Part shown: piece after piece, positions 63,321-64,000 of the stretch | Position numbering within the stretch: position 1 is the first letter of the stretch | How the letters are laid out: each line of letters starts with the position of its first letter | Assembly (NCBI RefSeq): GCF_963921235.1 | Contig: NC_086097.1 | Location: 208,942,001-209,006,000, forward strand | Source of the DNA: Mobula hypostoma | Taxonomy: Eukaryota | Direction: 5' to 3' | Length of the DNA stretch: 64,000 bases | Translations under genes and position numbers: made by a program | Notes under the pieces: model-generated | Databases searched by the model: none | What the model saw: the letters and a program-made list of their open reading frames with translations, nothing else | What the model was told of the DNA's origin: nothing

Positions 63321-64000
63321 TATTGTTTCTCCCTGGATTCTCATTAATTAATATACTGGCTTTGGCTCAAACAATAATATTCCTGCCATGCCGTACCAAA
63401 GCTGATATCTTAGAATCAAACCATCTTGAATTACAGAATATTGGCTAATTTCTTCCACACACTGAAAGCATTTCTATATCTCACTAACTTGCTGATTGTG
63501 ATTCAGTTTGACACAATGGGCTAGTGTTTATAGAAAGTGTTAATTGGTTCCTTTATATACAGTATATGATTAATGCAATTTTGTTATTGGAATGAATTCT
63601 CATGTATAGTTTGAAAATGCTAATTAAAGTCAAAAGGTTCTTAAAAGAGTGGAACACTGGAACTTGTATTTGAGACAAAGTGCTAAGGCAGCATTTTTAA
63701 AATCTCTTTTTGACCCTAAAGCAGTTGTACAGTAACATGTATTATGGACCCGATGATACATTTATACACACTGCAAAGGAAACACAAAAAAATTTAAATC
63801 ATTCCCATTCCTTCCTCTCATTCGATGATTGCAAATCCAAATGACCTTCTGTCTCAGGAGATGCGCCTGCTGCTCTACTCTTTAATTAACATAAACTTTC
63901 TAGATCTAAATGTGAAATTTGTCATAAGCTCTCTGCCTCCGACTTGAGGAGAGCTTCCAAGAAAAACATGAATTGATGTCAGAACAACTTCCTAATTCTT

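Noticed and set aside
1..64000. Neighbouring host genes or a novel multi-gene system
   Set aside because: I recognised no other spliced coding exons. The other ORFs with recognisable homology are transposon-derived, and the rest are short and featureless.

Overview
Vertebrate genomic DNA, most likely a cartilaginous fish (ray or shark). The taxon is inferred from the repeat content: HE1/V-SINE-like SINEs, abundant CR1 and Rex1/Babar LINE fragments, and Neptune-type Penelope elements. The only host protein-coding gene I can support is a two-exon sox17 on the + strand (CDS 25449-25743 + 26082-26995, 402 aa, phase-1 GT-AG intron inside the HMG box). It sits in a roughly 13 kb CpG-retaining domain (about 14.9-28.5 kb) that has few young retroelements and is bounded on the left by a 21-bp minisatellite. 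The rest of the window is gene-poor and filled with nested, mostly dead transposons. Main observations: (1) several Penelope-like insertions with clear 10-13 bp target-site duplications carry a minimal type I hammerhead ribozyme motif, and the shortest insertions begin at that motif; (2) a dead Tc1-like element upstream of sox17 has DD38E spacing; (3) sox17 exon 2 starts with a perfect splice-donor motif (CAG|GTAAGT); (4) a small inversion has 136-bp inverted breakpoint duplications and a Penelope fragment at one breakpoint; (5) TCF/FOX/SOX motif clusters and two non-TE palindromes lie upstream of sox17. I found no convincing evidence of a wholly new multi-gene system. Most findings are specific instances or variants of known biology. 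Coordinates of old, decayed repeats are approximate.
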